Made by a program: the position numbers and the translations under genes
Part shown: piece after piece, positions 20,314-30,384 of the stretch
How positions within the stretch are numbered: the first letter of the stretch is position 1
How the letters are laid out: every line of letters begins with the position of its first letter
The notes under the pieces: generated by a model
Database searches by the model: none
What the model saw: the letters and a program-made list of their open reading frames with translations, nothing else
What the model was told of the DNA's origin: nothing
Assembly (NCBI GenBank): GCA_965226495.1
Contig: OZ245365.1
Coordinates: 320,001 to 384,000 of the forward strand
DNA from: Candidatus Marinacidobacterales bacterium
GTDB lineage: Bacteria; Acidobacteriota; Vicinamibacteria; Marinacidobacterales; DATDRI01
Length of the DNA stretch: 64,000 nucleotides
Direction: 5' to 3'

Positions 20314-21873
20314 ATGAACGAGAACATCCAACTTAGGACTACCGGTAAACTCATCGGCCGGAATGCGTTCTGGAATTTTGGTGGGCAGGCTTGGGCGGTA
20401 GCGCTTGCCTTCTTTACTACTCCCTATGTTGTTCACAACCTGGGTGCCGACTCCTACGGACTCCTGATGACAGTGGGAGTTGTGACTAGCTACTTTGCGT
20501 TTTCCGATCTTGGGTTGGGACAGGCGACGATCAAGTACGTTGCGGAACACGCGGCACGGCAGGAATGGAAGGACATAACGAAGATCTTCTGGACGTCTGT
20601 AGCGTGCTATGTCATTTGCGGAGGAATCGCAGCCATCGTTCTGGTGATCATCACGCCACTTCTCATTCATCGATTGTTTAGGATTCCCCCCGAGCTACAG
20701 GAAACGGCCGTGAGGGTCTTCTATGTGAGTGCCGCCGCCTTCATGGCAGGGATGATCAACAGTGCTCCAACGTCTATTTGTCGTGGTCTACAGCGTTTTG
20801 ATATTGCCAACAAGGTTTCGATCCTGGTAGTTACCGTACAAACAGTACTAACCGTAGGAGTGCTTGCCGCCGGCTACTCTGTTTACGCTGTCGTGCTGAG
20901 TAACCTGGCTGTCGGAGTCGTCGCACTGATCGTGAACTCCGTTATCGCTGTCCGTTTGGTGCCCGAGCTGCGCTCGCCCAGCGCCGATACAGCAACCCTG
21001 CGCAAGCTTGCCGGGTTTGGAGGGTTCTTTGCCATCTCCGCTTTGGTAGTCCCTTTTCTTGGGCATGTCGAGAAGTTGATCATCGCGAACTGGATTTCGA
21101 TCGGAGCCGTGACCTATTACACGATCCCATTCAACGTGGCGGCGAAGCTTTTGATCATTCCAGGTGCCGTCATTCCTGCACTGTTCCCATTGTTTAGCAG
21201 CCTGAAGGGCAGCGGAGGAACCAAGCTGGGCGTAGACGTCTACTTACGGACTTCGCGTTACATGGTGTTGATGCTGATGCCCATTGTGCTTGCTCTAGTA
21301 CTGGTTGGTGAAGAGTTCTTGGAACTGTGGCTCGGGCCGGAGTTCGCCAGGCAAAGTGCGGCACCGTTACAAGTCTTGGCAGTGGCAATGCTTCTCTACG
21401 GCCCCGGCTGGAACTCCTTCAACTTGATCCAGGCTCGGGGGCGACCCGATCTCACCGCAAGGTTTCATGTTGCGGAGCTAGTAATTCATATACCAACGAC
21501 ATTCCTCTGTGTCTACTTGTGGTCACTGCCGGGCGCGGCGGTGGCATGGCTGTTGCGTGTGGTAGTGGATCTCGTCTTCCAATGGGCAGGCGTAGCCAAG
21601 GTTTGTGGAGTCGATTGGCGGACACTCGCACGAACCGTGATCAATCATTCGCTAGCGGCTGTCTTAGTCGTCGGCTTGTTTCTCGGAGTCCTGAAGAACG
21701 CTGTCGAAGGATTGCTCCCGTCGTCTGTCTTGCTAACGGCTTTTGGCAGCGCCGCGCTTCTGATGGCACTGGGCTGCGGCTGGGTGTGGGGGATGAAGGA
21801 CGAGGAACGCGACCTAGTTCTCCAGACGTTCGGTCGATTTCAGATAGACCGACCCATAGTCAAAAAGCAATGA
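20314..21873 (+). CDS. wzx: Wzx flippase (polysaccharide biosynthesis, MOP family)
   Basis: About 14 TM helices; FFTTPYVVHNLG..YG, DLGLGQATIKYVA, LELWLGPEFA. Confidence 0.88.
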   Translation: MNENIQLRTTGKLIGRNAFWNFGGQAWAVALAFFTTPYVVHNLGADSYGLLMTVGVVTSYFAFSDLGLGQATIKYVAEHAARQEWKDITKIFWTSVACYVICGGIAAIVLVIITPLLIHRLFRIPPELQETAVRVFYVSAAAFMAGMINSAPTSICRGLQRFDIANKVSILVVTVQTVLTVGVLAAGYSVYAVVLSNLAVGVVALIVNSVIAVRLVPELRSPSADTATLRKLAGFGGFFAISALVVPFLGHVEKLIIANWISIGAVTYYTIPFNVAAKLLIIPGAVIPALFPLFSSLKGSGGTKLGVDVYLRTSRYMVLMLMPIVLALVLVGEEFLELWLGPEFARQSAAPLQVLAVAMLLYGPGWNSFNLIQARGRPDLTARFHVAELVIHIPTTFLCVYLWSLPGAAVAWLLRVVVDLVFQWAGVAKVCGVDWRTLARTVINHSLAAVLVVGLFLGVLKNAVEGLLPSSVLLTAFGSAALLMALGCGWVWGMKDEERDLVLQTFGRFQIDRPIVKKQ

Positions 21874-23369
21874 TTCGTAGGACACTCGCTTACGTTCTCC
21901 TCGCGTCCTTCGCAGTACTGTCTGTAGGGTTGGCGATTCCACGAATACTTTTAAAGTTAGACTCGGATCCTTCCCCAAGGCGGTTTCAAGAGGGCGGCGG
22001 GTCAATTACCCACTCGGCGAACATGGATAATATATTGCTCATTACGATTGATACGCTCCGAGCCGATCACCTTGGAATTTATGGATACGCAAGGCCAACC
22101 AGTACTCGAATAGACTCCTGGTTTGGGAATTCTCAGATCTACGAGCGAGCGTACTCGACCGAGGCTAACACTACTCCCAGCGTCGTGAGTATGCTGACGG
22201 GCCTCATACCCCAGCGGCACGGAGTCCGGTTACTTTTTCAGAAGATTTCAGGGCGCATTCTTACTGTGCCTGACTACTTGGCCCATGCCGGCTATCAGAC
22301 GTCCGCAGTAGTATCGAACTTTGTCCTAACCGCCGAAGCCAGCGGGCTCGACACACGATTCGGTCACTACAATGACTTGGTGGACGAACAGGAGTCCTAT
22401 CGATTGGCTTTTGAACGCCGCGCCTCGCGAACGACCGACGCAGCGGTTGAATGGCTGGTTAAAGGGAGGGATCCAGGTCAGCCGCACTTCCTCTGGGTGC
22501 ATTACATCGACCCACACGGTCCTTACCAGCCTTCAGTAGACGGTTTGACAAACTTCACACACTCCGAGATTCGCCTTATCGACAAGGACAAAATTCCTGA
22601 TTACCAGCAGGAGCCTGGCTTGTTGGATGGGAACGAGTACGTGGATCGATATGACGAAGAGATTGCCTACGTCGATCGCGAAGTGGGGCGTTTGCTAGAC
22701 GTCTATGAGCGGCTCGGGCTCGCCAAGGACGCTACGGTTGTCCTTACGGCAGACCATGGTGAAAGCATGATGGAGCACGAGCAGTGGTTCTCCCACGGTT
22801 ACCAAGTCTACGAGTATATCGTTCGAGTTCCTCTTATGATACGCTCGCCGCGATTTCCTGCTAGACGAATAGTCACGCCGGTTTCCCTTGTCGACCTTGC
22901 ACCGACGCTGCTCAAAGTAGCAGGAGCTTCGATTCCTCAGGGACTTGACGGACGGGCGCTGCCTCCGTCGTCGCTGCCGCGGGACGTGTTTGTCGAGGCA
23001 ACGATGGGCGAGAACCAATGGCGTGCGCTTATTCGAGGAAAAGAGAAGTGGTTGATCGGCGTGAAGCGGAACTCCAATTTCGTTGATCGTGCTCTCCACA
23101 GGCTTTTCTTGGTTCAGCCGTTCGTCGAGGTCGTCGAGTTCGAGCAGCGTTACTATCACCTGGACGAAGATCCAGGAGAGTTACGACCTTTGCACTGGCC
23201 ACGGGAGGAGGACGCCTTAAGCTTGATTAGGATGGCGGCAGAGGACCCGGATCCTGCGGGCCTTCCTACTCGTTTAACCCCGGGGATCTGGGTGAAGGCT
23301 CCGAAGGTTGCCCCAGGCGTTGACGCTCGATCGCTAGAAAAACTCAAGGCTCTGGGTTATGTGCAATGA
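21870..23369 (+). CDS. Sulfatase-like hydrolase/transferase (alkaline phosphatase superfamily) with N-terminal membrane anchor
   Basis: NILLITIDTLRADHLG.YGY, WVHYIDPHGPY, TADHGES, LKALGYV; the nucleophile position reads T-T-P-S. ATG 21870 overlaps the wzx stop. Confidence 0.85.
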   Translation: MIRRTLAYVLLASFAVLSVGLAIPRILLKLDSDPSPRRFQEGGGSITHSANMDNILLITIDTLRADHLGIYGYARPTSTRIDSWFGNSQIYERAYSTEANTTPSVVSMLTGLIPQRHGVRLLFQKISGRILTVPDYLAHAGYQTSAVVSNFVLTAEASGLDTRFGHYNDLVDEQESYRLAFERRASRTTDAAVEWLVKGRDPGQPHFLWVHYIDPHGPYQPSVDGLTNFTHSEIRLIDKDKIPDYQQEPGLLDGNEYVDRYDEEIAYVDREVGRLLDVYERLGLAKDATVVLTADHGESMMEHEQWFSHGYQVYEYIVRVPLMIRSPRFPARRIVTPVSLVDLAPTLLKVAGASIPQGLDGRALPPSSLPRDVFVEATMGENQWRALIRGKEKWLIGVKRNSNFVDRALHRLFLVQPFVEVVEFEQRYYHLDEDPGELRPLHWPREEDALSLIRMAAEDPDPAGLPTRLTPGIWVKAPKVAPGVDARSLEKLKALGYVQ

Positions 23370-23479
23370 ACACCTCCCAGCAGCAGTCGTGTGATTCGGT
23401 GTCGACGTGTCAGTCATTTGGGATGGACGCGTGAGAAGAATCGTGCGCCTCTTGCTCCAAATAAGGGTTGGGCTTGCCC

Positions 23480-25090
23480 TCACTCGGGGTTGGGCCTGGT
23501 AGCAACGCCGCGCACTACGCCGAGGACAATCGACAGGAGCGCGAAGTTAGCGGGAAGGTGAAGGCTGAAATCCGTTAGACTGTGAAGGCCAATGCCGATC
23601 GCGGCAGCGCAGTACCCGGCGTGCAGATTGAACAGGGCAGGGTGGTAATGGAGTGCCTCGCGATCTCGGTGCGCGCTTCGCCATACGACCAATAGGATCC
23701 ACGCGAGTAACAGTGAGCCCGGGAGCCCAAGCTCAATCAATAGCTGCAGATAATCGTTGTGAGCCCACGAGTAGAAGACGCGTCCCGAGAACGTGCGGTA
23801 GTTGCTCGTTAGATACCGGTATGAGCTCAGGCCGGAACCAGTAAGCCAGAAATCCTGCGCTGCGCCGAGGCTGTCTTTCCAGACTTGCGGGCGAGCTTTC
23901 TCGGCTTCCAGCTGTCGCGGAAGCTCTCCGAATCGGCTAAGAACTGGCTCGATTCCGATCCAGACCGCAAAGCCCGCGACGGCGAGTGCCAGGATCCAGT
24001 ACCCTCGAGTGAAGCGGTGGTGCGTTCGCTTTCGACGATGGCCGTGGTGGAGGTCGATCGCGTCCGTCTCGTCTCCACGGAGGCCCGGTTCCCGTTTGGT
24101 CAGAAGCGCGAACGCTACACAACCGGCTAGGGCGAACGTGAGCCCGGAGCGTGAGAGTGAAAAAACAATGCCGAGACCGATGGCAATGATTCCCAGACCG
24201 CCCAGAATAAGTCTGGCTCGCGCGTCCCCGGCATCGGTTTGCCTGACCCGACGTCCTTCGGTTCGAGACAATTGAACATTTCGTGATGCAAGCCATCCGA
24301 GACTGCACAGCAGGATCATTCCCAAGAAAGCAGCGTAATGGTTCGGGTTGCCGAAGGTCCCTCTCGCTCGAATTGTGGTAATGGACGCGGCTTCACCCAT
24401 CTGAGACTGCAAGCCTAGAAGCCACTGTCCCGTACCATAGACGCCGAAGGCGATACCGCATAGAAACAGCGCGAGGGTTAACTTTTCTACCTTTTTCGCG
24501 TTCTCGGCAAGTCTAAATGCGGAATAGAAGAGGACGAGGTACGCGATCCACTGCCACAGGTCGCGCAAGGTGAGGAATGGCGCCAAGCTCAAAGGAGAGG
24601 AACTTACCTCGCCACCGACTAAGGCTTCTACTTCTGAGCGGAGGGAGTGCGCCTCGGGCGAGATCGCCTCGAGCCAAGTTGGATCGAGAGGCACGAGTGA
24701 GACCCCAATCCAGAGGGACAACAGGAAGACTGGCACACCAAGCCCCGTTCGTTTGAAAGGGAAGCCTAGTACCACGACGTGATTCTGGGCATCGAAGCTG
24801 AAGGATTCCTCGTCGTCGACGGAGCCGGGTGGCAGGATGGTGACTTCTGTCCGACGACGGCCTCTTAAGCGTAGCCATGGGTGTCGTTCTAGAAAGGGGA
24901 GCCGCTTCAACGCCCTTCGTTGTTCGAGAATCCTCCTTCTTTCTGCAGGCCCGGTGTGTCTGAGGACGTCGAAGACCAACCAGAGCGCCAAACCGACCGC
25001 GCCGAGCTCGAGAACAAGACTCGCCCATGGATCGTAGCCTCCTCTCCCGAGGGCGACGATCATGATGAGCAGAACAAGTAACAGGTGCAT
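23480..25090 (-). CDS. O-antigen ligase / Wzy_C family protein
   Basis: GTFGNPNHYAAFL, SLSRSG, GSGLSSY, AHNDYLQLLIELG, HSLTDFSLHLPAN. Confidence 0.88.
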   Translation of the reverse strand: MHLLLVLLIMIVALGRGGYDPWASLVLELGAVGLALWLVFDVLRHTGPAERRRILEQRRALKRLPFLERHPWLRLRGRRRTEVTILPPGSVDDEESFSFDAQNHVVVLGFPFKRTGLGVPVFLLSLWIGVSLVPLDPTWLEAISPEAHSLRSEVEALVGGEVSSSPLSLAPFLTLRDLWQWIAYLVLFYSAFRLAENAKKVEKLTLALFLCGIAFGVYGTGQWLLGLQSQMGEAASITTIRARGTFGNPNHYAAFLGMILLCSLGWLASRNVQLSRTEGRRVRQTDAGDARARLILGGLGIIAIGLGIVFSLSRSGLTFALAGCVAFALLTKREPGLRGDETDAIDLHHGHRRKRTHHRFTRGYWILALAVAGFAVWIGIEPVLSRFGELPRQLEAEKARPQVWKDSLGAAQDFWLTGSGLSSYRYLTSNYRTFSGRVFYSWAHNDYLQLLIELGLPGSLLLAWILLVVWRSAHRDREALHYHPALFNLHAGYCAAAIGIGLHSLTDFSLHLPANFALLSIVLGVVRGVATRPNPE

Positions 25091-25095
25091 CAGGC

Positions 25096-26280
25096 TCAGG
25101 GGTTCCAGAGATTCGTCGTCGTGACCAGGCGCGCGATCTCCCGCTCGGCCTCGGCATTGTTGGGATCCAATCTCAACACCTTTTGATACTGCGCCATAGC
25201 CTGTTCGTTGTTGCCCGAACGGTGTGAGATCCGAGCCAGTCCGAGTGTTGCCGGTGTGTAAGAAGGAGACAAGGTGGATGCTTCGGCAAAGAGACTTTCT
25301 GCCAAGACGACATCACCGCGATTCAAGTACTCATTTCCCATAGAGCACAAGAGCTCCAAACTTGCACGGCTGGAGACCCCGGACGTCTTCTCGATTTGCT
25401 GCAGTGCGCTACGAAAGACTTGATAAGCCGCGGCGGCGTCACCAAGTAGAAGGTGTGCCCTTGATACGAAAATGGCCCACTGAAACGAGTTCGAGGCGGT
25501 ACTCTTTGCTTCCGCGTCCTGCCACTTGAGGGCGGCTTCTAACCCCAACCGCGCATCACCTTTCTGGAGCGCCCAATGGGTTGCCTGGCGGAAGAAACTT
25601 GGGTCGTCCGATGTGACCAACATTTCTCGTAGCAACACGAACGCCTCCGTGTCGTGCTCAGACCTGAAGAGGACGGCGAGCAGGGTGTTCTGCCCGCGAA
25701 CGTCGTGAGGGACGAGCTGGGCCCAACGGTTCGGTGGCACGTGGTAGCGTTGGGCGGCCGTCAGGACTCGATCCGTCAGCTCAGGCTCCCGTTGAGCGGC
25801 TGTTCGTAGGTGATTTTCGGCGAGGTCCAGTGGATCGATCGGGTCAGACTGACTGCTGTTGATGGCGGTCCATGCTGCCAAGTCGGAGCGCGCAGTGAGT
25901 AGCCACTCTCCATAAGCTAGGTGGAGCCGTCCATTGGCGGGAAAGCGATTCAGAGCGAGTGCGAACGATTGATTCACGACGGCTGGATTCTCGGCGCGGT
26001 TCGCATAGTAATCGGCAAGGAGTAACGGGGGCTGGTAAAAGGACGGGGCCTGCCTCAGGAGACGATGGAGGCGGGCGAGTTGGTCATCGGACGGTGTAGG
26101 ACTGCTGAGCGCCTGGCGGACAACCAGAAGTGTGGCCTCGGGGTGGTGCAGATCGGAAATCGTTTGCGCACTCGCCTCCGCCGGAGACCGTGCCCACCGT
26201 TCTTGAAAGTAGAAATTGATCGCGCCCGCGGCGTACAGAGCCGCCAATATTATCGAGAGACCAGCAATGAGTGCGCGCAT
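25096..26280 (-). CDS. Exported/membrane-anchored tetratricopeptide repeat protein
   Basis: N-terminal hydrophobic helix; TPR-like C-terminus (MGNEYLNRG, YQKVLRLDPNNAEA). Confidence 0.75.
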   Translation of the reverse strand: MRALIAGLSIILAALYAAGAINFYFQERWARSPAEASAQTISDLHHPEATLLVVRQALSSPTPSDDQLARLHRLLRQAPSFYQPPLLLADYYANRAENPAVVNQSFALALNRFPANGRLHLAYGEWLLTARSDLAAWTAINSSQSDPIDPLDLAENHLRTAAQREPELTDRVLTAAQRYHVPPNRWAQLVPHDVRGQNTLLAVLFRSEHDTEAFVLLREMLVTSDDPSFFRQATHWALQKGDARLGLEAALKWQDAEAKSTASNSFQWAIFVSRAHLLLGDAAAAYQVFRSALQQIEKTSGVSSRASLELLCSMGNEYLNRGDVVLAESLFAEASTLSPSYTPATLGLARISHRSGNNEQAMAQYQKVLRLDPNNAEAEREIARLVTTTNLWNP

Positions 26281-26347
26281 GGATAGATCGAAGGATTCGA
26301 GCTGTTCTGGCTTCGTCGGATACTCTGTTTTGAGGCCCTTAGGGCGT

Positions 26348-27259
26348 TCAAGGTTTGACGGCGACGCTCGTCAATCCGTCCCCGAGCCTCAGTACGTCTG
26401 CAGCCCACATGACCGCGCTCGTACCAAACCGTTCTAGCGACTCCGTTGCATTCCGCGGTTTTGGCAGGCAGTTCCTGCCCTGGAAGACGTTGATGGTGAC
26501 GTCGGTGAAGCCGCAACGACTCAACATAGTTTCGAGGCTCTTTGGGGAAAAACCAAACACATGGCCCGGCGAGAATGTTGGCGACAGATTGACTACCCAG
26601 TCACGACCGCGGATCCTTTGCCAAAAATTGCCGACGCGGTAGTAGAGTCCTCTCTCATTCGGCACTTCCAGCAACAGCAAGCCACGTGGCCGGAGCGCCC
26701 TAAAGATCTTCGAAAGCACTTGGCAAGGGTCGAGTAGATGTTCGAGAATGGCGTTCAAAAAGACAATGTCAAACGAGTTTGCCTCCAAGTCGACCGTGGC
26801 AATGTCGCCAACGTCGACGCGCACCCCCAAGTTCTCTAGGGCGTATTTTGCAAACTGTTCGGAGATGTCGAGGCCGACGGCCTCCCAACCGCGGTGACGG
26901 GCCACCTCTAAGAGAACACCCTGTCCGCAACCGACGTCGAGGAGGCTGCGGCCTTCGGTTCGGTGCTCTAGGTCGGCCAAGCTAGTCGCGGCGGCTCTGC
27001 GCTTTACCTCGATGTCGTGATGCCTGAAGTATTCCTCCGCAGCCGTGTTGTACAGCAGGGAAGGGTCCTTGGGAATGGGCATGGGATTTGCGAAGATCAG
27101 ACTGCATTCCTCACAGGTAACCACGCGTGTTAAGATCCCTTCGCCGGAACGGTGGGCCTTGCCACCGCGGAAACTGATCTGACGCTGCCTAGCGCTCTCG
27201 CAGGCATTACAGCGCGGCATGTTACGGAACTGGAATTGTTCGTAGGCGACCTGCGTCAT
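26348..27259 (-). CDS. Class I SAM-dependent methyltransferase with N-terminal Zn-ribbon
   Basis: CNAC...CEEC, LLDVGCGQG, ILEHL, EVPN. Start placed at ATG 27259. Confidence 0.85.
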   Translation of the reverse strand: MTQVAYEQFQFRNMPRCNACESARQRQISFRGGKAHRSGEGILTRVVTCEECSLIFANPMPIPKDPSLLYNTAAEEYFRHHDIEVKRRAAATSLADLEHRTEGRSLLDVGCGQGVLLEVARHRGWEAVGLDISEQFAKYALENLGVRVDVGDIATVDLEANSFDIVFLNAILEHLLDPCQVLSKIFRALRPRGLLLLEVPNERGLYYRVGNFWQRIRGRDWVVNLSPTFSPGHVFGFSPKSLETMLSRCGFTDVTINVFQGRNCLPKPRNATESLERFGTSAVMWAADVLRLGDGLTSVAVKP

Positions 27260-27432
27260 CGTGTTCCTCGGCTGACGGCGAGACGAGCGAGTGCATCCAA
27301 TCTCGCTGCGAACATGCGCATTGATGAGCCGAAGGGGGTCTCGATAATTACCTCCGGTTGGACCTTTTTGTTTGACTTTAGAGGCATTGTAACACACGGA
27401 GTGAGGCTAACAAAACGTTCCGTCACTGATGG

Positions 27433-29526
27433 TTACGGCGGGGTTGTCTCGGTTAGATAGCGTTCGAGCGCTGTTTCGGCGTCCGACCCATCACCCGCCG
27501 CCCCGCGGAGAATCGCAGGGTCGTCGTCGACATAAGGTCCAATCGTTGACACCGCTTCATAGGGAGATATGCCAGGAACCATGTTCCTCCCTTTCTCCAG
27601 TTGCTCTAGAGCGTCCTCTACCCGACCCCGGGAGGCGAGATAGAGCGCGTAGTTGACTCTCAGCTGGCTCCACGTTGGCTCCAAGTGAAGCGCGTGCTCG
27701 AAAAGCGGGCTCGCGACATCGTCGTTGAGAAGATTGGCCTGGGTCCATGCCAGCTCGAACCAGTAGCGACCTCGGGCCGGTGCACGACGCACAGCCTCAT
27801 CGAATGAATCTCGTGCCTGGGTAAATCGGATCTCTCGGTACCGATCCGAGTTCGGCGAGCGATAGGCTTCCTCGTTGTAGAGCGATCCTCGTTTGAAGGC
27901 CGTTTCGGGATTACCTTTCGCAAAATCCCGCGAAGCATTCAACTGGCCCGCGAGATCGGCGAAGGCCTTCGGTTCAGCACGCGATGGATTTACTGTGAGG
28001 ATGGCGTTGCGGGAGAAACCGATTGCTAGCGTCGCGGTCGCCGCGGCAACCGAGCACAGCACGACCAGGACGGCAGCTCCCCAGCGGAGCGATGAACCAG
28101 CTGGTTGCGAGGCATCGCGAGGATGAGAGCCCGCGATCATCCCCAGAACCGCGGCGAAGAGGAAGCCATTCGAAGGAATATGGGAATTGAAATCGAAGAT
28201 CCCGTGGACAAGTAGAGCCACAGCGGCCGCCATCGCGCCGAAGAGAATCCCCTGGCTCCCGCTCGATGGTTCCTCGTCTTCCAATCTTTCTCGAGCCCGC
28301 CGGATCGCCACCCAGAGGAAGCCGAGCACGATGGCGAGCCCGGCGACGCCGGTTTCGCAAGCGAGCTGCACCAGGTCGCTCTCCGCGAACTCCGCGCGAG
28401 TTTCATTCATTCCCGTGCGATAAGGCGGGATCGCAGCCGCATAGGTTCCGAGTCCGGTTCCAAAGAGGGGCGAGCGTAGAGCGAGGTGTATTGAATCGGA
28501 CCACAGCTGCAATCGAAATTGCATTGAAACGTCTTGCGAGCCCCGACCTATGGATCCGATTCGCTCGAAAACGCTGGTCGGCGCCGCAAAGAGCAACAAG
28601 AGTGTAATGGCTCCCGCCCAAATGGCCAGTACCGAAACTCGGGTCCGTGCCTTCCCTCGTAATGCCAGAATGCCTAAAACAACCGCGCCGGCTCCTGCTG
28701 CCAAGAAGCCGCCTCGCGAGTGGGAGAGGACTATCGCCACTCCCATAAAGAGTGCCGATCCGCCAAGCAGTATCGAAACCGTCTGGCTGCGACGCCCCAG
28801 GTGTCCGATCGCACCGCCAAGAGCAACTAAAGCGCACATTTCTACGAAACCGGCGAAGTGGTTGTGATTCACGAACGGGCCGAACGGGTTGGCGGAAGGT
28901 ACGGGGTAGCGACCGTAAAGCACGGTCCCCCAACGTGCGTGCTGGTAGACGGCGAATAGGCTAAGCGCAACGCCCAAGGCAGCCACGGTGTATCCGAACA
29001 GCCGGATGTCGCGACGGTGAACGAAGAGATGGCTGAATAGAAAGAAAGCGGTGACCAGCGCACCGAGTCGCAGTAGCTCGCCCTGGGTGGCGAACGTCTC
29101 GATGGAAACGGCGCGCCAGCCAGTGCCGACAATTTGCTCAGCATGGGCAATGCCCGGGAAGTGAATCGCCGCGGAGGCCGGTGCGAGAATCTTGAGAAGG
29201 CCGGGCGCCAATGGAAGCAGCTGGAACAGACCAAGCAATACCGCGAGACCGAGCCAGCGATGAGCGGGCCAACGGAAGTACACTCCGCGCTCTCTTATTA
29301 AGAGGTTGCAGACCCAAACCCCAAAGAGCAGGTAGAGCGCCGCGCTCAGGAACGCCGAGGGCAATGGTGTCGCCGAGCCGAATGGCCAAGGGGCAGCAAC
29401 CAGCAGGAGTAGAAGTGAGAGACGAATCACCCAGCCGAGCTTCCCCTCGTCGAGCGCGGCAGCCGCCGATTCGTTCTCGTTCCGTGTCTTGGCGGGGGGC
29501 GGGAAGTCGGAGACGTTCATAACCAT
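27433..29526 (-). CDS. O-antigen ligase family protein fused to a C-terminal TPR region
   Basis: GPFVNHNHFAGF, SHSRGG, GTGLGTY, AESDLVQLACETG, HGIFDFNSHIPSN; then TPR-like helices (FEHALHLEP). Confidence 0.85.
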   Translation of the reverse strand: MVMNVSDFPPPAKTRNENESAAAALDEGKLGWVIRLSLLLLLVAAPWPFGSATPLPSAFLSAALYLLFGVWVCNLLIRERGVYFRWPAHRWLGLAVLLGLFQLLPLAPGLLKILAPASAAIHFPGIAHAEQIVGTGWRAVSIETFATQGELLRLGALVTAFFLFSHLFVHRRDIRLFGYTVAALGVALSLFAVYQHARWGTVLYGRYPVPSANPFGPFVNHNHFAGFVEMCALVALGGAIGHLGRRSQTVSILLGGSALFMGVAIVLSHSRGGFLAAGAGAVVLGILALRGKARTRVSVLAIWAGAITLLLLFAAPTSVFERIGSIGRGSQDVSMQFRLQLWSDSIHLALRSPLFGTGLGTYAAAIPPYRTGMNETRAEFAESDLVQLACETGVAGLAIVLGFLWVAIRRARERLEDEEPSSGSQGILFGAMAAAVALLVHGIFDFNSHIPSNGFLFAAVLGMIAGSHPRDASQPAGSSLRWGAAVLVVLCSVAAATATLAIGFSRNAILTVNPSRAEPKAFADLAGQLNASRDFAKGNPETAFKRGSLYNEEAYRSPNSDRYREIRFTQARDSFDEAVRRAPARGRYWFELAWTQANLLNDDVASPLFEHALHLEPTWSQLRVNYALYLASRGRVEDALEQLEKGRNMVPGISPYEAVSTIGPYVDDDPAILRGAAGDGSDAETALERYLTETTPP

Positions 29527-30384
29527 TCAGGCCTTAAACCCGACCGCGCACCAATAGGGTTCCGTATCGGCCAAGCGAACTTCGGTGAGCCCCGCGGCTT
29601 CCATCATTTCTCGGATCTGAGACGCGCTAAACCTCTGTTCGAGCGGTGTGCCAAAGCGGTCTCGGGAGTCCGTTCGCATGGTGTAAAGGCTGCGATTCCG
29701 ATAACTAGCTAGGGGGAAGTTCGAAACCCGCCCCCCAAAGAATTCCGCGGCTTTGGCGAAACGGGCCAAGGGCCAATAAACCGTGAGGGCTATGGTGTCG
29801 CAAACTATGTTTTTGGGCTTCTCGGGTAGAGCAGCTACCAGGTGTCTTATGCCGTTGGATGCTCGCCAGAGTGATCGAAACCACCAGGGCCGGTTGTCCA
29901 TCGCGTAGTACAAGTAGACGAGGAAAGGGGCTCCTTTCTTAAGCACCCTTGCGCACGCTGCGAGCGAAGCTTCGGTGTCGGGGACATGATGAAGAACTCC
30001 AAGGGAATAGCCAAAATCCATTGAATTCTCTGCGAACGGAAGGTTCATCACCGAGCATTGGTGGAAAACAGAATTCTTGAACGGCTGGAGATTGCGTTTG
30101 GCTACCTCGAGCGCCTCTGGGCTCGCGTCCACGCAATTCAGCACACCCACTCGGGGGGCGACGAAGCGGGCCCAACGGCCGGAACCACAACCCGCATCGA
30201 AACCCTTCGCTTCGGGGGGGATGCGTTGCCAAGGAAACAGTCGGAAATACTGCTCGAAAATGGAGCTCAGTTCGGCTTCCTGCACCTCGGACTGATCAAA
30301 GCGAGACCATTCCCTTCCAAACGATTGAACGGTCCGTTCGTCTAGATTGCTCATGTAGATCGCTGACGATGGAGCAACGCGCAT
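29527..30384 (-). CDS. Class I SAM-dependent methyltransferase
   Basis: TVQSFGREWSRF, FDAGCGSGRW, YSLGVLHH; start at 30384 or 30354. Confidence 0.88.
   Translation of the reverse strand: MRVAPSSAIYMSNLDERTVQSFGREWSRFDQSEVQEAELSSIFEQYFRLFPWQRIPPEAKGFDAGCGSGRWARFVAPRVGVLNCVDASPEALEVAKRNLQPFKNSVFHQCSVMNLPFAENSMDFGYSLGVLHHVPDTEASLAACARVLKKGAPFLVYLYYAMDNRPWWFRSLWRASNGIRHLVAALPEKPKNIVCDTIALTVYWPLARFAKAAEFFGGRVSNFPLASYRNRSLYTMRTDSRDRFGTPLEQRFSASQIREMMEAAGLTEVRLADTEPYWCAVGFKA

Noticed and set aside
21327-21869. N-terminal extension of the 680-aa sulfatase ORF
   Set aside because: Overlaps wzx in another frame; the real start is ATG 21870.
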